Shown here: positions 17,801 to 27,188 of the stretch, one piece after another | How positions within the stretch are numbered: the first letter of the stretch is position 1 | Layout of the letters: the number at the start of each line of letters is the position of its first letter | Sequence record: DRR378314_685 | DNA: 39,011 nucleotides | Strand: one strand, 5' to 3' | Notes under the pieces: generated by a model | Told to the model about the DNA's origin: nothing | Database searches by the model: none | What the model saw: only the letters and a program-made list of their open reading frames with translations | Position numbers and translations under genes: made by a program

Positions 17801-19216
17801 GGCCCTCAGGCCGTTTCGGTTCCGGACTATGAAAGTTCAGTACGTGTCGTTTCACTCGGCGCATCACAGCCCTTCAGCAGGGTTGTCGATATCGCTGCGC
17901 AGGGGCCGTTCGCAGTATCGGGTGCGGCGCCGGAGCTTGCATATGCCCTTGTCGAGTCCCTGCAGTCGCAAGGTGCGCAGGCAGGGATTCTGGGCGAGGC
18001 ATCTGATGACTTTCGCACTGTCATCCTCACCGAAGGGCATTCAGGTCTTCCTGTCACGGAACGGCATTGGCAGGCCTTGAATCTGTGTCGGCAGTTTCAT
18101 GACCGCGGCGTTCGGATAATCATGTTGGAGCCGTCTTCTGAGGCGGCTGCTGATCAATTGTGTGGGCTGTCTGGACTGTCGCGAACTTTGCGTCAGGAAT
18201 GGCCGAACCATGATGTGGTGACGTGGAGTTTGCCCGCTGGCGAACGCGTAACTGGGTGGGCCGAATTGGTAACGACCGCTCTGGGCACCGATTTGTCTGA
18301 CGCGGTTTTGACACGGCAAGGAGCGGCCATTCAAGCAATTCACCAAGCACCTCGATTGAGCCGAGCCGTCGCCGAAGCGTCAAATGTCTGGTTCGTTCCA
18401 GGCGGTGCGCGCGGCGTAACCGCGGCGTGTGTGAAAGAGCTCGCTCGCAGACAGTCCGGCTCAGTGTTTGTGCTCGCGGGCCGCTCAGACATTGTCCCGT
18501 GGCCAGAAGGGATGGACGTTACAAGCGACATGAAACAGTTGCGCGGGGCGCTGATTTCGGTCGCTCGTGCGAGCGGTCAGACGCCATCGCTTCCGGACGT
18601 CGATCGACAGGCGAAAGCTCTGCTGGCGGGTCAGGAGATTCGAGAGACGCTGGACGATATTTCGATGTCCGGCGCGCAAGCAGTGTATTTACGCACCGAC
18701 ATGTCAGATCGTGCGAGTATCCAGTCCGCCATTGCGAAAGTCTCACAACAGTATGGCTCCATTACAGGACTCGTCCACGGGGCAGGGGTGCTGTCGGATG
18801 GGCTGGCTCTCAAGAAATCCCGCGAAGATGTCGCGTATGTTTTCGGGCCGAAGGTTGAAGGCTTGGCCATGTTGATGGAAGCTATCGATCTATCACAGCT
18901 CCGCCATGTGGGCCTTTTCTCGTCCGCATCGGCCGTATTCGGAAATGTCGGACAGAGTGACTACGCTATGGCGAATGCCTGGTTGGGCGCGATGGCGAGA
19001 AAGCTCTCTGCCGATTTGCCTGACGCCATTGTGAAGAGCTTTTGCTGGGGACCCTGGGCTGGCGGCATGGTCGACTCGTCTCTCGCAGGTCATTTTGCTT
19101 CGCGCGGTATTTCCCTGATCGGCCTGGAAGATGGCGCACGTATCTTCGCTGATCAAATTCTACAGGGTGAACGAAGTGAAGTTGAGCTTCTGATCGGGGA
19201 TGAGTGGGCAGGATGA
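17753..19216 (+). CDS. Ketoreductase (KR/SDR) module of PfaA, encoded in the -1 frame
   Basis: Frame is open from 17753 (FFWVGGGGAPAALSRPGPQAVSVPDYESSVRVV...) but the first possible start is TTG at 18077. Motifs PGGARGVTA, LAGRS, HGAGVLSD and SSASAVFGNVGQSDYAMAN. No DH domain follows. Confidence 0.85.
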   Translation, partial: FFWVGGGGAPAALSRPGPQAVSVPDYESSVRVVSLGASQPFSRVVDIAAQGPFAVSGAAPELAYALVESLQSQGAQAGILGEASDDFRTVILTEGHSGLPVTERHWQALNLCRQFHDRGVRIIMLEPSSEAAADQLCGLSGLSRTLRQEWPNHDVVTWSLPAGERVTGWAELVTTALGTDLSDAVLTRQGAAIQAIHQAPRLSRAVAEASNVWFVPGGARGVTAACVKELARRQSGSVFVLAGRSDIVPWPEGMDVTSDMKQLRGALISVARASGQTPSLPDVDRQAKALLAGQEIRETLDDISMSGAQAVYLRTDMSDRASIQSAIAKVSQQYGSITGLVHGAGVLSDGLALKKSREDVAYVFGPKVEGLAMLMEAIDLSQLRHVGLFSSASAVFGNVGQSDYAMANAWLGAMARKLSADLPDAIVKSFCWGPWAGGMVDSSLAGHFASRGISLIGLEDGARIFADQILQGERSEVELLIGDEWAG

Positions 19217-22200
19217 GTAGGTCAGACCAGTTCGAACCGATTGCAATCGTCGGACAGGGGTGTGTTTTGCCAGGCGCAATGAGCCCGGCAGAGCTCGGCG
19301 ATATCGTGTTCAACAAGCGCATCGTGTACGGGCCAGTATCGGCCAATCATCTGGGATTGTCTGAGTCGGAAGCGCTCTCCCGCGCATATGTGTCCGGAAC
19401 CGTTGACGGGTTCGAAGCCGCCCTCCGTCCGAATGACGCCTCCGAGTCCTGGCAGGCAGCCGCCCTTGCTGATCCGGTTTGTGGGTGGACGTTGCGCGCT
19501 GCGCTGGACGCATGGTCTGACGCGCGCACACCAAAAGTTCGCAAGGGGAAGGGCGGCGTATTCGTCGCGAACCTGTCCTATCCGTCTATGGCGCACGCGG
19601 AACATGCAGCCGAATTCTGGGCCGAGCAGAAGGCCGACAATCCGCGAGCGACGTTGAACGCGTCCCTTCCGCCACACCTGATTGCTGATGTTCTGAGATT
19701 GTCAGGTCCGGCCTTTTCCCTTGATGCAGCTTGTGCCTCCTCGCTTTATGCGCTGGAGATCGCCTGCCGCAGGTTGCAGTCGGGAGCGATAGACTGCGCG
19801 CTCGTAGCGGGCGTGAACGCAGCGGACAATCTTATCCTGCATATTGGGTTCGATGCTTTGAAAGCGCTCAGTCCGACCGGGCAATCCCGTCCATTTGTGA
19901 GGGGGGCGGATGGACTGGTACCCTCTGAGGGGGCGGTGGCAGTTGTCTTAAAGCGTTTATCTGACGTTCGCAAGAAAGACCGGGTTCATGGCGTGATCCG
20001 CGGCATTGGTCTGTCCAATGATGGCCGACGCAAAGGGTTGCTGGCACCATCTGGTGATGGTCAGCGAGAAGCAATGCGCCGTGCCTATGACATGGCTGGA
20101 CTGGACCCGGCCAGTGTGTCCTATCTGGAGTGCCATGCGACCGGGACACCGACGGGTGATGGTGTCGAAGTGCAGGCATCCACCGAAATGTTCGCAGACA
20201 ATGAGAGCCTAGCCATTGGTTCATTGAAGGCAAATACCGGGCATCTGATCACGGCGGCTGGGCTGGCCAGTCTTCTGAAGCTGACCGAAGCTTTCAAACG
20301 TGAGAGCTTGCCGCCAACGCCGGTCGCCGGGGACTTGATCGGACCAGTTCAGGAGGGCGGACTCACCGTCGTCCAGAATGCCGCGCCTTGGAAAATGAAA
20401 GGCGGTGTCCGCCGAGCTGCCATCAGCAATTTTGGGTTTGGGGGCAATAATGCCCATTTGATCCTGGATCAGTATGATCCAAATGCGAAACAAAGAGAGC
20501 CGATCGATCCCGTATCCGTACGTCCACAAGTGGTGATTTGCGGCACCGGTCTCATGGCCGGAACTGATCGAGGTGCGGACGCCGTGACGCGCAGGATCAT
20601 GAATTCTCCGTTGAAACCCGTCGGGCCTTGCCGGAAGATTGGCGCGGACCCCAGAGCTGCTCGCACACCCCCAACGGATTTGCTTGAGGCCGAGCCGCAA
20701 CAGCTGGCGATATTGGATGTGGTTGAGGAGGCACTGTCCTCGGTAGCGCCTGTCGATCCTCAGCGCGTCGGCATCTTCACAGCAATGGGGTGCGCGTCGG
20801 ACTCTGCGCGTTGGTTGCTGAGAGAGCGTCTGTCTGCGCTCACAGCCTTGCGCTCGGATTCTGATGCGCTGGTGCAAGCCGAGGCTGCTGTGGCGCCGCC
20901 ATTACAAGCCTCAACAGTGCTGGGGGCGATGGCGAACATGACAGCCAATCGCGTTACCTACGCTCACGATTTTCATGGCATGGGGTTCTCGGTGTCGGCG
21001 GAAGCGGCATCCGGCCTTGCCGCGCTTGATCTCGCCCTTGAGGCGCTCGGCAGCGGGCGGCTGGATATGGTGATTGTTGCGGCGGCAGACTTCGCGGCGG
21101 AGCCGGTCAGAGCATCAGTTTTGGCTGAGCTTGGAGTCACGGTCCAGCCGGGTGATCAGGCTGCTGCGCTAGTGCTCAAGCGTGCGGATGACGCAGCGTC
21201 TGCCAAGGATCATAGTTTCGGATCAATAGAGTTCGTTGATTGGACCAGAACACAAGCCTTTACTGAAAGCGTCTTGGACGAGGTGTTTGGAGTCGCTCCG
21301 TGTGCATCTGTCGTGTTCGATCTGGCACTAAACGCGCAATTGGCCGCGCGCGGCCATATGCTGACGGCTGGCGGGGCAATTCCCGATCTGCGAAGTTCGC
21401 CAGAGGCCTTGGAAATTGTAGCACGCTCGACGCCTGCGAATTGTACAGGCGCGCTCTCCTTCTGCCCTGCAGACGCCAGGCCTGTGCCGGATGCCTTGCG
21501 ACCGACGCCATATTTGTATTGGGCTGCCGGAAAGGACAAGGCAACGCTCGCGAGTCGAACTGCATCGGGGAAGGCGGGGGGCAGAGGGAAATGCCGCATC
21601 GCAATTCTCGCGCCGACAGGAGACGCGATTCGGGAGCGGCAGGAATCCGTACAGAAACAGTTGGAGCAGGATGAAATTCCAGACGGGGAGGGCGTTCAGT
21701 TTGGGGAGGGCAAGCCCGAAGGTGAGCTGGCTTTCATGTTTACTGGATCGGCCGCCGTCTATCCGCGTATGGGGCGCGGCTTGCTTTCAGCATTTCCGGA
21801 ATTGCGTCAGCGCCTGTCAAAACTCGACAAGGCTGAAGAGATTGCACCATTGTTGGCGCGCGCCAGTCTGAGCGAGTTTGAACAATTGTGCGTCGGTACC
21901 TTGTTGAGCCAGGCACACGCGATCCTCCTGCAGGATATACTCGGCGTTAAAGCGGATGCCGCACTCGGACTGTCGCTTGGCGAGAGCAATGCCCTGTTCG
22001 CATTTGGATTCTGGCGAGATTCCGGCGCACTGCTGGACGAGATTTCTGACGCGGCCATGTACGAGCGTCACATCGGAGGAGATTTCGAGACTGCGAAAAA
22101 GGCCTGGGGACCGAACGTTCCAGCGGACTGGACGAATTGGCGGGTGCAGGCGCCGGTTGAGGCCGTAAAAGCAGAAGTCACGAAACATGACGGTGTCGAG

Positions 22201-25200
22201 ATCACGATCATTTATTCGCGGACCGACTGCATGATTGGTGGCCCAGCCGAAGCCTGCCGACAGGTTTGCGCAGCATTGCGGCCCGGCAGTGGCGCGAAGA
22301 TGCATCAACACCTCATCGTCCATGCCAAGGCGATGCAACCATTCGCAGAAACCTGGCGGCGTCTGCACACGCGCAAGCTACATAAAGGGAAAGACGTTCG
22401 TCTCTATGCCAACGCCACCAATGCAGCCTATGAGCCCACAAGCGAACTGGCCGCAGACATGCTTACCCGGCAGGCCGTCGATACGGTAAACTTTCCGCCC
22501 ACAGTCGAGCGAGCATGGAAGGATGGTGTACGAACATTCGTTGAGCTTGGTCCACGAGACACACTGACATCGGCGCTGGGAAACATTCTTGAAGGCAAGC
22601 AGTTCAAGGCTGTCGCCACAGACCGGATCGAATCTGCTGACCTGTCCCAGATTGCGGAGTTGGCGGCATTCCTGTTCGCAGACGGGCGCGCCATCAAGAT
22701 GAAGCCAGTCGCGGAGGCACTGGACGCAGCGAGGCGCAATGCGTCAAGGCGGCCCGAAGCTTGGCCACTCACTCGGCCGGTCCCCTACGCGCCGCCAATC
22801 GTTCCCCCGCTTGCATCATCCTTCAGGATGCCCGCAGCACCTGCGCTCTCTGATATTGTCTACCCTCCATCAAGTCCCGCTACGACGATGGATGAGCCAG
22901 TTCACTTTGCGCCGCCTCCGTCGGACCGGCGATTACCGCCGCCCCGCAAGGTGATTGCGGGTACAGAGCCCTTGCTGCCGCGTACGCCGGTGGGACCAAA
23001 CTGGGATTATCCGGAGATTGAGAAATCTGCTCGCGAGAAAATGTCGAAGTTTTTTGGTAAAAGCTTCAGGAAGCAGGATACGTACGACCGCCAAGTTCGG
23101 CTGCCAGCGCCGCCTTTGCTGCTTGTGGATCGGATTACCGGAATCGACGCTGAAGCAGGGGTGGAGAGTACGGGTGTCATCTGGACCGAAACGGATCTGA
23201 CTGAGGACCAGTGGTTCATCCATGACGGTCGCATCAGGCCAGGGCCGCTGATTGAAAGTGGCCAGGCGGATTTGACCTTGATTGGTTGGATGGGGGCAGA
23301 CTTCAAGAACCAGAATGACCGTGTCTACCGCCTGCTTGGGTGTGAAATTACATTCCATGACGGAGGCCTGCCGGAGCCTGGCGAAACGCTACGCTTTCAG
23401 ATCGAGATAACGGGTCACGCCACATTGGCTGGCGTGCGGATGTTCTTCTTCCAATACGATTGTTTGGCGGGTGATCGTCGCGTCTTTTCGGTGCGCAATG
23501 GACAGGCTGGTTTCTTCAGTGATGACGAACTTGCGTCCGGAAAAGGCGTCATGTGGGATGCCACAAAGGACGCGCCACCAACCGCTCAGCCTACTGAGTT
23601 CAAGGCGGAGGGCGCCAGCCGAAAGCGCGCTTTCACTGCCGAAGATATCGCAGCCTATCGGGCCGGTGATGCATGGGCCTGCTTCGGTGATGGGTTCGAA
23701 CTGGCAGCAGCCCGCTCTCGTCCGCATCGCTTGCCTGATGATCGTCTTGCCCTGTTCGATGATGTGGAGATGTTCGATCCACATGGAGGCCCATGGGGCA
23801 GGGGGTATCTCAAGGCTCGCGCGCATGTGCCGAAGGACGCCTGGTTCTACGACGGTCATTTCCACAATGATCCCTGCATGCCGGGGACCCTGATGGCAGA
23901 GGCGGCTGTTCAGACGCTGGAGTTCTACGCAGCGGCGGCGGGCCTGCTAACCGAACGGGATGGCTATGTCTTTGAGCCAATGCCGGGGCATATGGCGAAG
24001 TTCGTGTGCCGGGGGCAGGTCATTCCGGATGCAGATCATGACGTGACTTATGAAGTGTTCATCGATGAGATCGTCGATGGCGAGGCCCCCGAAATCTACG
24101 CCTCCTTTTTGGCGAGCTCCGATGGCAAGAAGGTCTTCCATTGCCCGCGCTTTGGTCTGCGCTTGCGCAGGGATTGGCCGGTGCCTCGTGTCGCTGAACA
24201 ACCGATCCGGACAGGCCCTCAGGGCGAGAGTCGTGGAGATCATGCAGCCTTGCTTGATTGCGCCAATGGTGCGCCGTCAGCAGCTTTCGGCGACATGTAT
24301 GATCGGTTCGACCGGGAAGGTATCGTGCCGCGCCTGCCTCAGGACCCCTATCATATGATGACGCGTGTTCTGGATGTGTCGACACGTCCGGGAGTTCCGG
24401 AAAAAGGCGCGCGGGTTCGTGCGGAATATGACATTCCGCCAGATGCCTGGTACTTCCACGACAATCGCAATGGCGCCATGCCTTTTGCCGTTCTGTCCGA
24501 GATCGCACTGCAGCCTTGCGGTTGGCTGGCCAGCCATTGTGGTTTCGCGCTCTCTGGGGACCTCAAATTCCGAAACCTGGAAGGCGAAGGTGTCCTTCAC
24601 CGTGAACTGAGACCAGAAGACGGCACATTGGTTGTCGACAGTGAGCTGACTGCTTTCTCCCGTGTCGGACCAATGACGATTGTTACATTTGCCGTGAAGG
24701 TAAGCTTGGCCAGCGGTGAGCCTGTCCTGGAGTTGACGACCCAGTTTGGTTTCTTCCCGGCTGCCGCACTGGCGCGGCAGGCGGGCCTGTCAGACAAACC
24801 TCATTTCCGAGACGCGTTCGAACTACCAGGCCAGAATGTGAAGACGAAGAGGATCGAGAAACGCCTGCCCAGTGGCCAGCTTCGCATGCTTGACCGCGTT
24901 GACTATTTTGATGCCGAGGGCGGCGAAGCGGGGCTTGGTCTGATAAGAGGGCGACAGGTGGTTGATCCTCATGCGTGGTATTTCAAGGCGCACTTTTATC
25001 AGGATCCAGTTCAGCCAGGCTCACTTGGTCTCGATGCCCTCTCGCAGCTTCTTGCGCGTGCCATCCTGCTCAAGGGAATGGATCAGGGGATGAGCAGTCC
25101 GCATTTCGAAACCATCGCAAGCGGCGCACCCTTCAAATGGAGCTATAGAGGTCAGGTAACGCCCGATAAGAAAGAGGTCGTAACCGTAATGGAAATCACC

Positions 25201-25317
25201 TCGATTGAAGAGCGGGGAAACGGGTATCTGGTTACGGCTCGTGGCAGTCTGTGGCGCGATGGGCTTCGGGTGTATGAAGTTGGTCCCTTCAGTCTTGCTC
25301 TGGAAGATCGGGTCTAG
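19213..25317 (+). CDS. pfaC: PfaBC-like fusion: KS-CLF-AT-(pseudoDH-DH)x2
   Basis: Active KS (LDAACASS, ECHATGT, GHL); degenerate second KS/CLF (SAEAASG); PfaB-type AT (GLSLGE); FabA-like DH motifs GHFHNDPCMPG and AHFYQDPVQPG, each preceded by a degenerate hot-dog domain. ATGA overlap with the KR stop. Confidence 0.9.
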   Translation: MSRSDQFEPIAIVGQGCVLPGAMSPAELGDIVFNKRIVYGPVSANHLGLSESEALSRAYVSGTVDGFEAALRPNDASESWQAAALADPVCGWTLRAALDAWSDARTPKVRKGKGGVFVANLSYPSMAHAEHAAEFWAEQKADNPRATLNASLPPHLIADVLRLSGPAFSLDAACASSLYALEIACRRLQSGAIDCALVAGVNAADNLILHIGFDALKALSPTGQSRPFVRGADGLVPSEGAVAVVLKRLSDVRKKDRVHGVIRGIGLSNDGRRKGLLAPSGDGQREAMRRAYDMAGLDPASVSYLECHATGTPTGDGVEVQASTEMFADNESLAIGSLKANTGHLITAAGLASLLKLTEAFKRESLPPTPVAGDLIGPVQEGGLTVVQNAAPWKMKGGVRRAAISNFGFGGNNAHLILDQYDPNAKQREPIDPVSVRPQVVICGTGLMAGTDRGADAVTRRIMNSPLKPVGPCRKIGADPRAARTPPTDLLEAEPQQLAILDVVEEALSSVAPVDPQRVGIFTAMGCASDSARWLLRERLSALTALRSDSDALVQAEAAVAPPLQASTVLGAMANMTANRVTYAHDFHGMGFSVSAEAASGLAALDLALEALGSGRLDMVIVAAADFAAEPVRASVLAELGVTVQPGDQAAALVLKRADDAASAKDHSFGSIEFVDWTRTQAFTESVLDEVFGVAPCASVVFDLALNAQLAARGHMLTAGGAIPDLRSSPEALEIVARSTPANCTGALSFCPADARPVPDALRPTPYLYWAAGKDKATLASRTASGKAGGRGKCRIAILAPTGDAIRERQESVQKQLEQDEIPDGEGVQFGEGKPEGELAFMFTGSAAVYPRMGRGLLSAFPELRQRLSKLDKAEEIAPLLARASLSEFEQLCVGTLLSQAHAILLQDILGVKADAALGLSLGESNALFAFGFWRDSGALLDEISDAAMYERHIGGDFETAKKAWGPNVPADWTNWRVQAPVEAVKAEVTKHDGVEITIIYSRTDCMIGGPAEACRQVCAALRPGSGAKMHQHLIVHAKAMQPFAETWRRLHTRKLHKGKDVRLYANATNAAYEPTSELAADMLTRQAVDTVNFPPTVERAWKDGVRTFVELGPRDTLTSALGNILEGKQFKAVATDRIESADLSQIAELAAFLFADGRAIKMKPVAEALDAARRNASRRPEAWPLTRPVPYAPPIVPPLASSFRMPAAPALSDIVYPPSSPATTMDEPVHFAPPPSDRRLPPPRKVIAGTEPLLPRTPVGPNWDYPEIEKSAREKMSKFFGKSFRKQDTYDRQVRLPAPPLLLVDRITGIDAEAGVESTGVIWTETDLTEDQWFIHDGRIRPGPLIESGQADLTLIGWMGADFKNQNDRVYRLLGCEITFHDGGLPEPGETLRFQIEITGHATLAGVRMFFFQYDCLAGDRRVFSVRNGQAGFFSDDELASGKGVMWDATKDAPPTAQPTEFKAEGASRKRAFTAEDIAAYRAGDAWACFGDGFELAAARSRPHRLPDDRLALFDDVEMFDPHGGPWGRGYLKARAHVPKDAWFYDGHFHNDPCMPGTLMAEAAVQTLEFYAAAAGLLTERDGYVFEPMPGHMAKFVCRGQVIPDADHDVTYEVFIDEIVDGEAPEIYASFLASSDGKKVFHCPRFGLRLRRDWPVPRVAEQPIRTGPQGESRGDHAALLDCANGAPSAAFGDMYDRFDREGIVPRLPQDPYHMMTRVLDVSTRPGVPEKGARVRAEYDIPPDAWYFHDNRNGAMPFAVLSEIALQPCGWLASHCGFALSGDLKFRNLEGEGVLHRELRPEDGTLVVDSELTAFSRVGPMTIVTFAVKVSLASGEPVLELTTQFGFFPAAALARQAGLSDKPHFRDAFELPGQNVKTKRIEKRLPSGQLRMLDRVDYFDAEGGEAGLGLIRGRQVVDPHAWYFKAHFYQDPVQPGSLGLDALSQLLARAILLKGMDQGMSSPHFETIASGAPFKWSYRGQVTPDKKEVVTVMEITSIEERGNGYLVTARGSLWRDGLRVYEVGPFSLALEDRV

Positions 25318-25985
25318 TCTGTGGCGGTCGCCAAACTGACCATGAGATGATCATGATGAGTGCAGCCTACGCTGAAGACTCTGTGTCCGGTCGAAATGAG
25401 AGCGTGTGGGTCTGCTCCTGTCAGGAACGCATCCGGAAGACTCAGGTTTCGCGCGCCCATACGAAATCCTTCGCCGACGGCTTTCATCACAGCTTCTTTT
25501 GCGGTCCATAGACGATAGAAGGCGGGGAGCGCATCAGCTCCCAGCCTGGACAGAAATGCCGTTTCCTCCGACGTGCACACCATGTTCTGCATAGACGTCC
25601 AGTCGACAGGACGCATATGCTCGATATCGATCCCCAAGGCATTTTGCCGCGACACTGCCACGGCCGACCAGCCTGCGGTCCTGGAAATCGAAATGTGCAT
25701 GCCGGGTGAGGATGAAAGGGCAGGGGCACCCTTGCTATCGTGCGTCACGTCTACTTGGGAGACGGATTTTCCCGTCAGATCCGCCAATTCCTGCTTTACG
25801 GCGATCAGCGAGCGTTCAAGATCGCGGCGCTTTCCCGCATCTTTGAGCATGGCAAGCCGTTGGATATCCACCGTGCTCAGCATGCCGGAGTGTGCGGCAA
25901 CATCCGCATGATCCATGATCCGAACAATCGTGTGATCCGGCACATGAGCGTCAAAATGGAAAGCGAATGGGTCGATGGAAACCAT
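25314..25985 (-). CDS. Sfp-type 4'-phosphopantetheinyl transferase (PfaE-like)
   Basis: KGAP...HISISRT, LGIDIE and FYRLWTAKEAVMKAVGEG. Convergent with pfaBC (shared CTAG). The start is uncertain. Confidence 0.85.
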   Translation of the reverse strand: MVSIDPFAFHFDAHVPDHTIVRIMDHADVAAHSGMLSTVDIQRLAMLKDAGKRRDLERSLIAVKQELADLTGKSVSQVDVTHDSKGAPALSSSPGMHISISRTAGWSAVAVSRQNALGIDIEHMRPVDWTSMQNMVCTSEETAFLSRLGADALPAFYRLWTAKEAVMKAVGEGFRMGARNLSLPDAFLTGADPHALISTGHRVFSVGCTHHDHLMVSLATATD

Positions 25986-26127
25986 GTAGAACCAGCTGCA
26001 AGCCTTGTGCCTGTGACTTTTGGAACGGTAGGGAAACGCGATTGTGCAGCGAAGAATATGCACAGGCCACTTATTTCCGCTAGAAGGCGCACTCGTTCCA
26101 ATCCGCCGCCCCCAAGTGATTTCCGCC

Positions 26128-27099
26128 ATGCCTTTGAATTATACTTTCTCCATTGCGCCGATGATGGACTGGACGGACAGGCATTGCCGCATGTTTCATC
26201 GGTGCTTGTCGAAGCGTGCGCTGCTCTGGTCAGAAATGGTGACCGCAGATGCGGTAATTCACGGCGATCGGGAGCGCTTGATTGGCTACTCGGAGGCAGA
26301 GCACCCGATCGTCCTGCAGCTCGGGGGAAATGAATCCGTCAAGCTCGCCGAGGCCGCTGCGATTGCAGAACAGTCCGGCTATGACGAGGTGAACATAAAC
26401 TGCGGATGTCCATCAGACCGGGTTCAGTCTGGGGCATTCGGCGCATGCCTGATGGCTCGGCCGCAGGAAGTTGCCGATTGTGTAAGCGCGATGCGGGCTC
26501 GCGTGTCCATTCCAGTCACAGTGAAATGTCGCATCGCGATTGACGATCTGCCAGCGGAAGAAACCCTGTTTGGCTTCGTCGAAACCGTAAGCGCCGCAGG
26601 GTGTGATGTGTTTACGGTGCATGCGCGCAAAGCCTGGCTGAAAGGGCTCAGCCCGAAAGAGAACCGGGATATTCCGCCGCTCGACTACGGACTTGTCGCG
26701 CGGCTGAAGGCTGCCCGGCCCGACCTGACCATTGTTCTGAACGGCGGCATCACGACCCTTGAAGATTGCCTAGAGCATCTGGATACGTTCGATGGTGTTA
26801 TGCTGGGGCGCGCGGCCTATCAGACGCCCGCCTTGCTCGGAGAGATCGACGCAGCCCTGTTTGGCGAAGGCGCAGCGGTATCGCCTTTCGAGGCAATCGA
26901 AGCATATCGGCCTTACATGGCGGATCGCCTGGCAGAAGGTATGGGACTGCATGGCATGACGCGGCACATGCTGGGTCTGTTCAATGGTCGCCCCGGTGCG
27001 CGTCAGTGGCGTCGTACCCTGTCTGAAAAAGCGGTGCGAAAGGGCGCGGGCCTTGAGGTTCTGGACGAAGCGCTCAGCGCTGTGATGCACGACGCCTGA
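26128..27099 (+). CDS. dusA: tRNA dihydrouridine(20/20a) synthase DusA
   Basis: FSIAPMMDWTDRHCR, NINCGCPSDRVQSGAFGACLM, HARKAWLKGLSPKENRDIPPL. Confidence 0.95.
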   Translation: MPLNYTFSIAPMMDWTDRHCRMFHRCLSKRALLWSEMVTADAVIHGDRERLIGYSEAEHPIVLQLGGNESVKLAEAAAIAEQSGYDEVNINCGCPSDRVQSGAFGACLMARPQEVADCVSAMRARVSIPVTVKCRIAIDDLPAEETLFGFVETVSAAGCDVFTVHARKAWLKGLSPKENRDIPPLDYGLVARLKAARPDLTIVLNGGITTLEDCLEHLDTFDGVMLGRAAYQTPALLGEIDAALFGEGAAVSPFEAIEAYRPYMADRLAEGMGLHGMTRHMLGLFNGRPGARQWRRTLSEKAVRKGAGLEVLDEALSAVMHDA

Positions 27100-27129
27100 T
27101 GTAAAGGCGTTTCAACTTTTCGGAATTTC

Positions 27130-27144
27130 GTTCTTTATTTGTTC
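27130..27144 (+). promoter_or_regulatory. LexA (SOS) box, alphaproteobacterial type
   Basis: Perfect GTTC-N7-GTTC (GTTCTTTATTTGTTC) 44 nt upstream of comM. Confidence 0.75.
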
Positions 27145-27188
27145 GCGGAGTTCTGTTAATCATTTCACCCAGGTTGAAGGGGTTGGAC

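Noticed and set aside
16857-17867. 336-aa antisense ORF and numerous other overlapping ORFs
   Set aside because: These are shadow ORFs of GC-rich coding regions that overlap well-supported genes and have no motifs.
17829-18080. 83-aa ORF in the pfaA frame whose TGA overlaps TTG 18077 (possible coupling peptide or TAG readthrough product)
   Set aside because: The sequence is Arg/Ser-rich and off-frame-looking with no recognisable domain. Readthrough would still stop at 18080 without reaching KR.
18077-19216. KR as an independent gene starting at TTG 18077
   Set aside because: There is no convincing RBS and it leaves ~108 open, protein-like codons upstream unexplained. It remains the alternative hypothesis to the frameshift.
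25985-26200. pfa cluster as a dusA-integrated genomic island
   Set aside because: dusA is a known integration site, but I saw no integrase, duplicated dusA 5' fragment or flanking direct repeat in the window.
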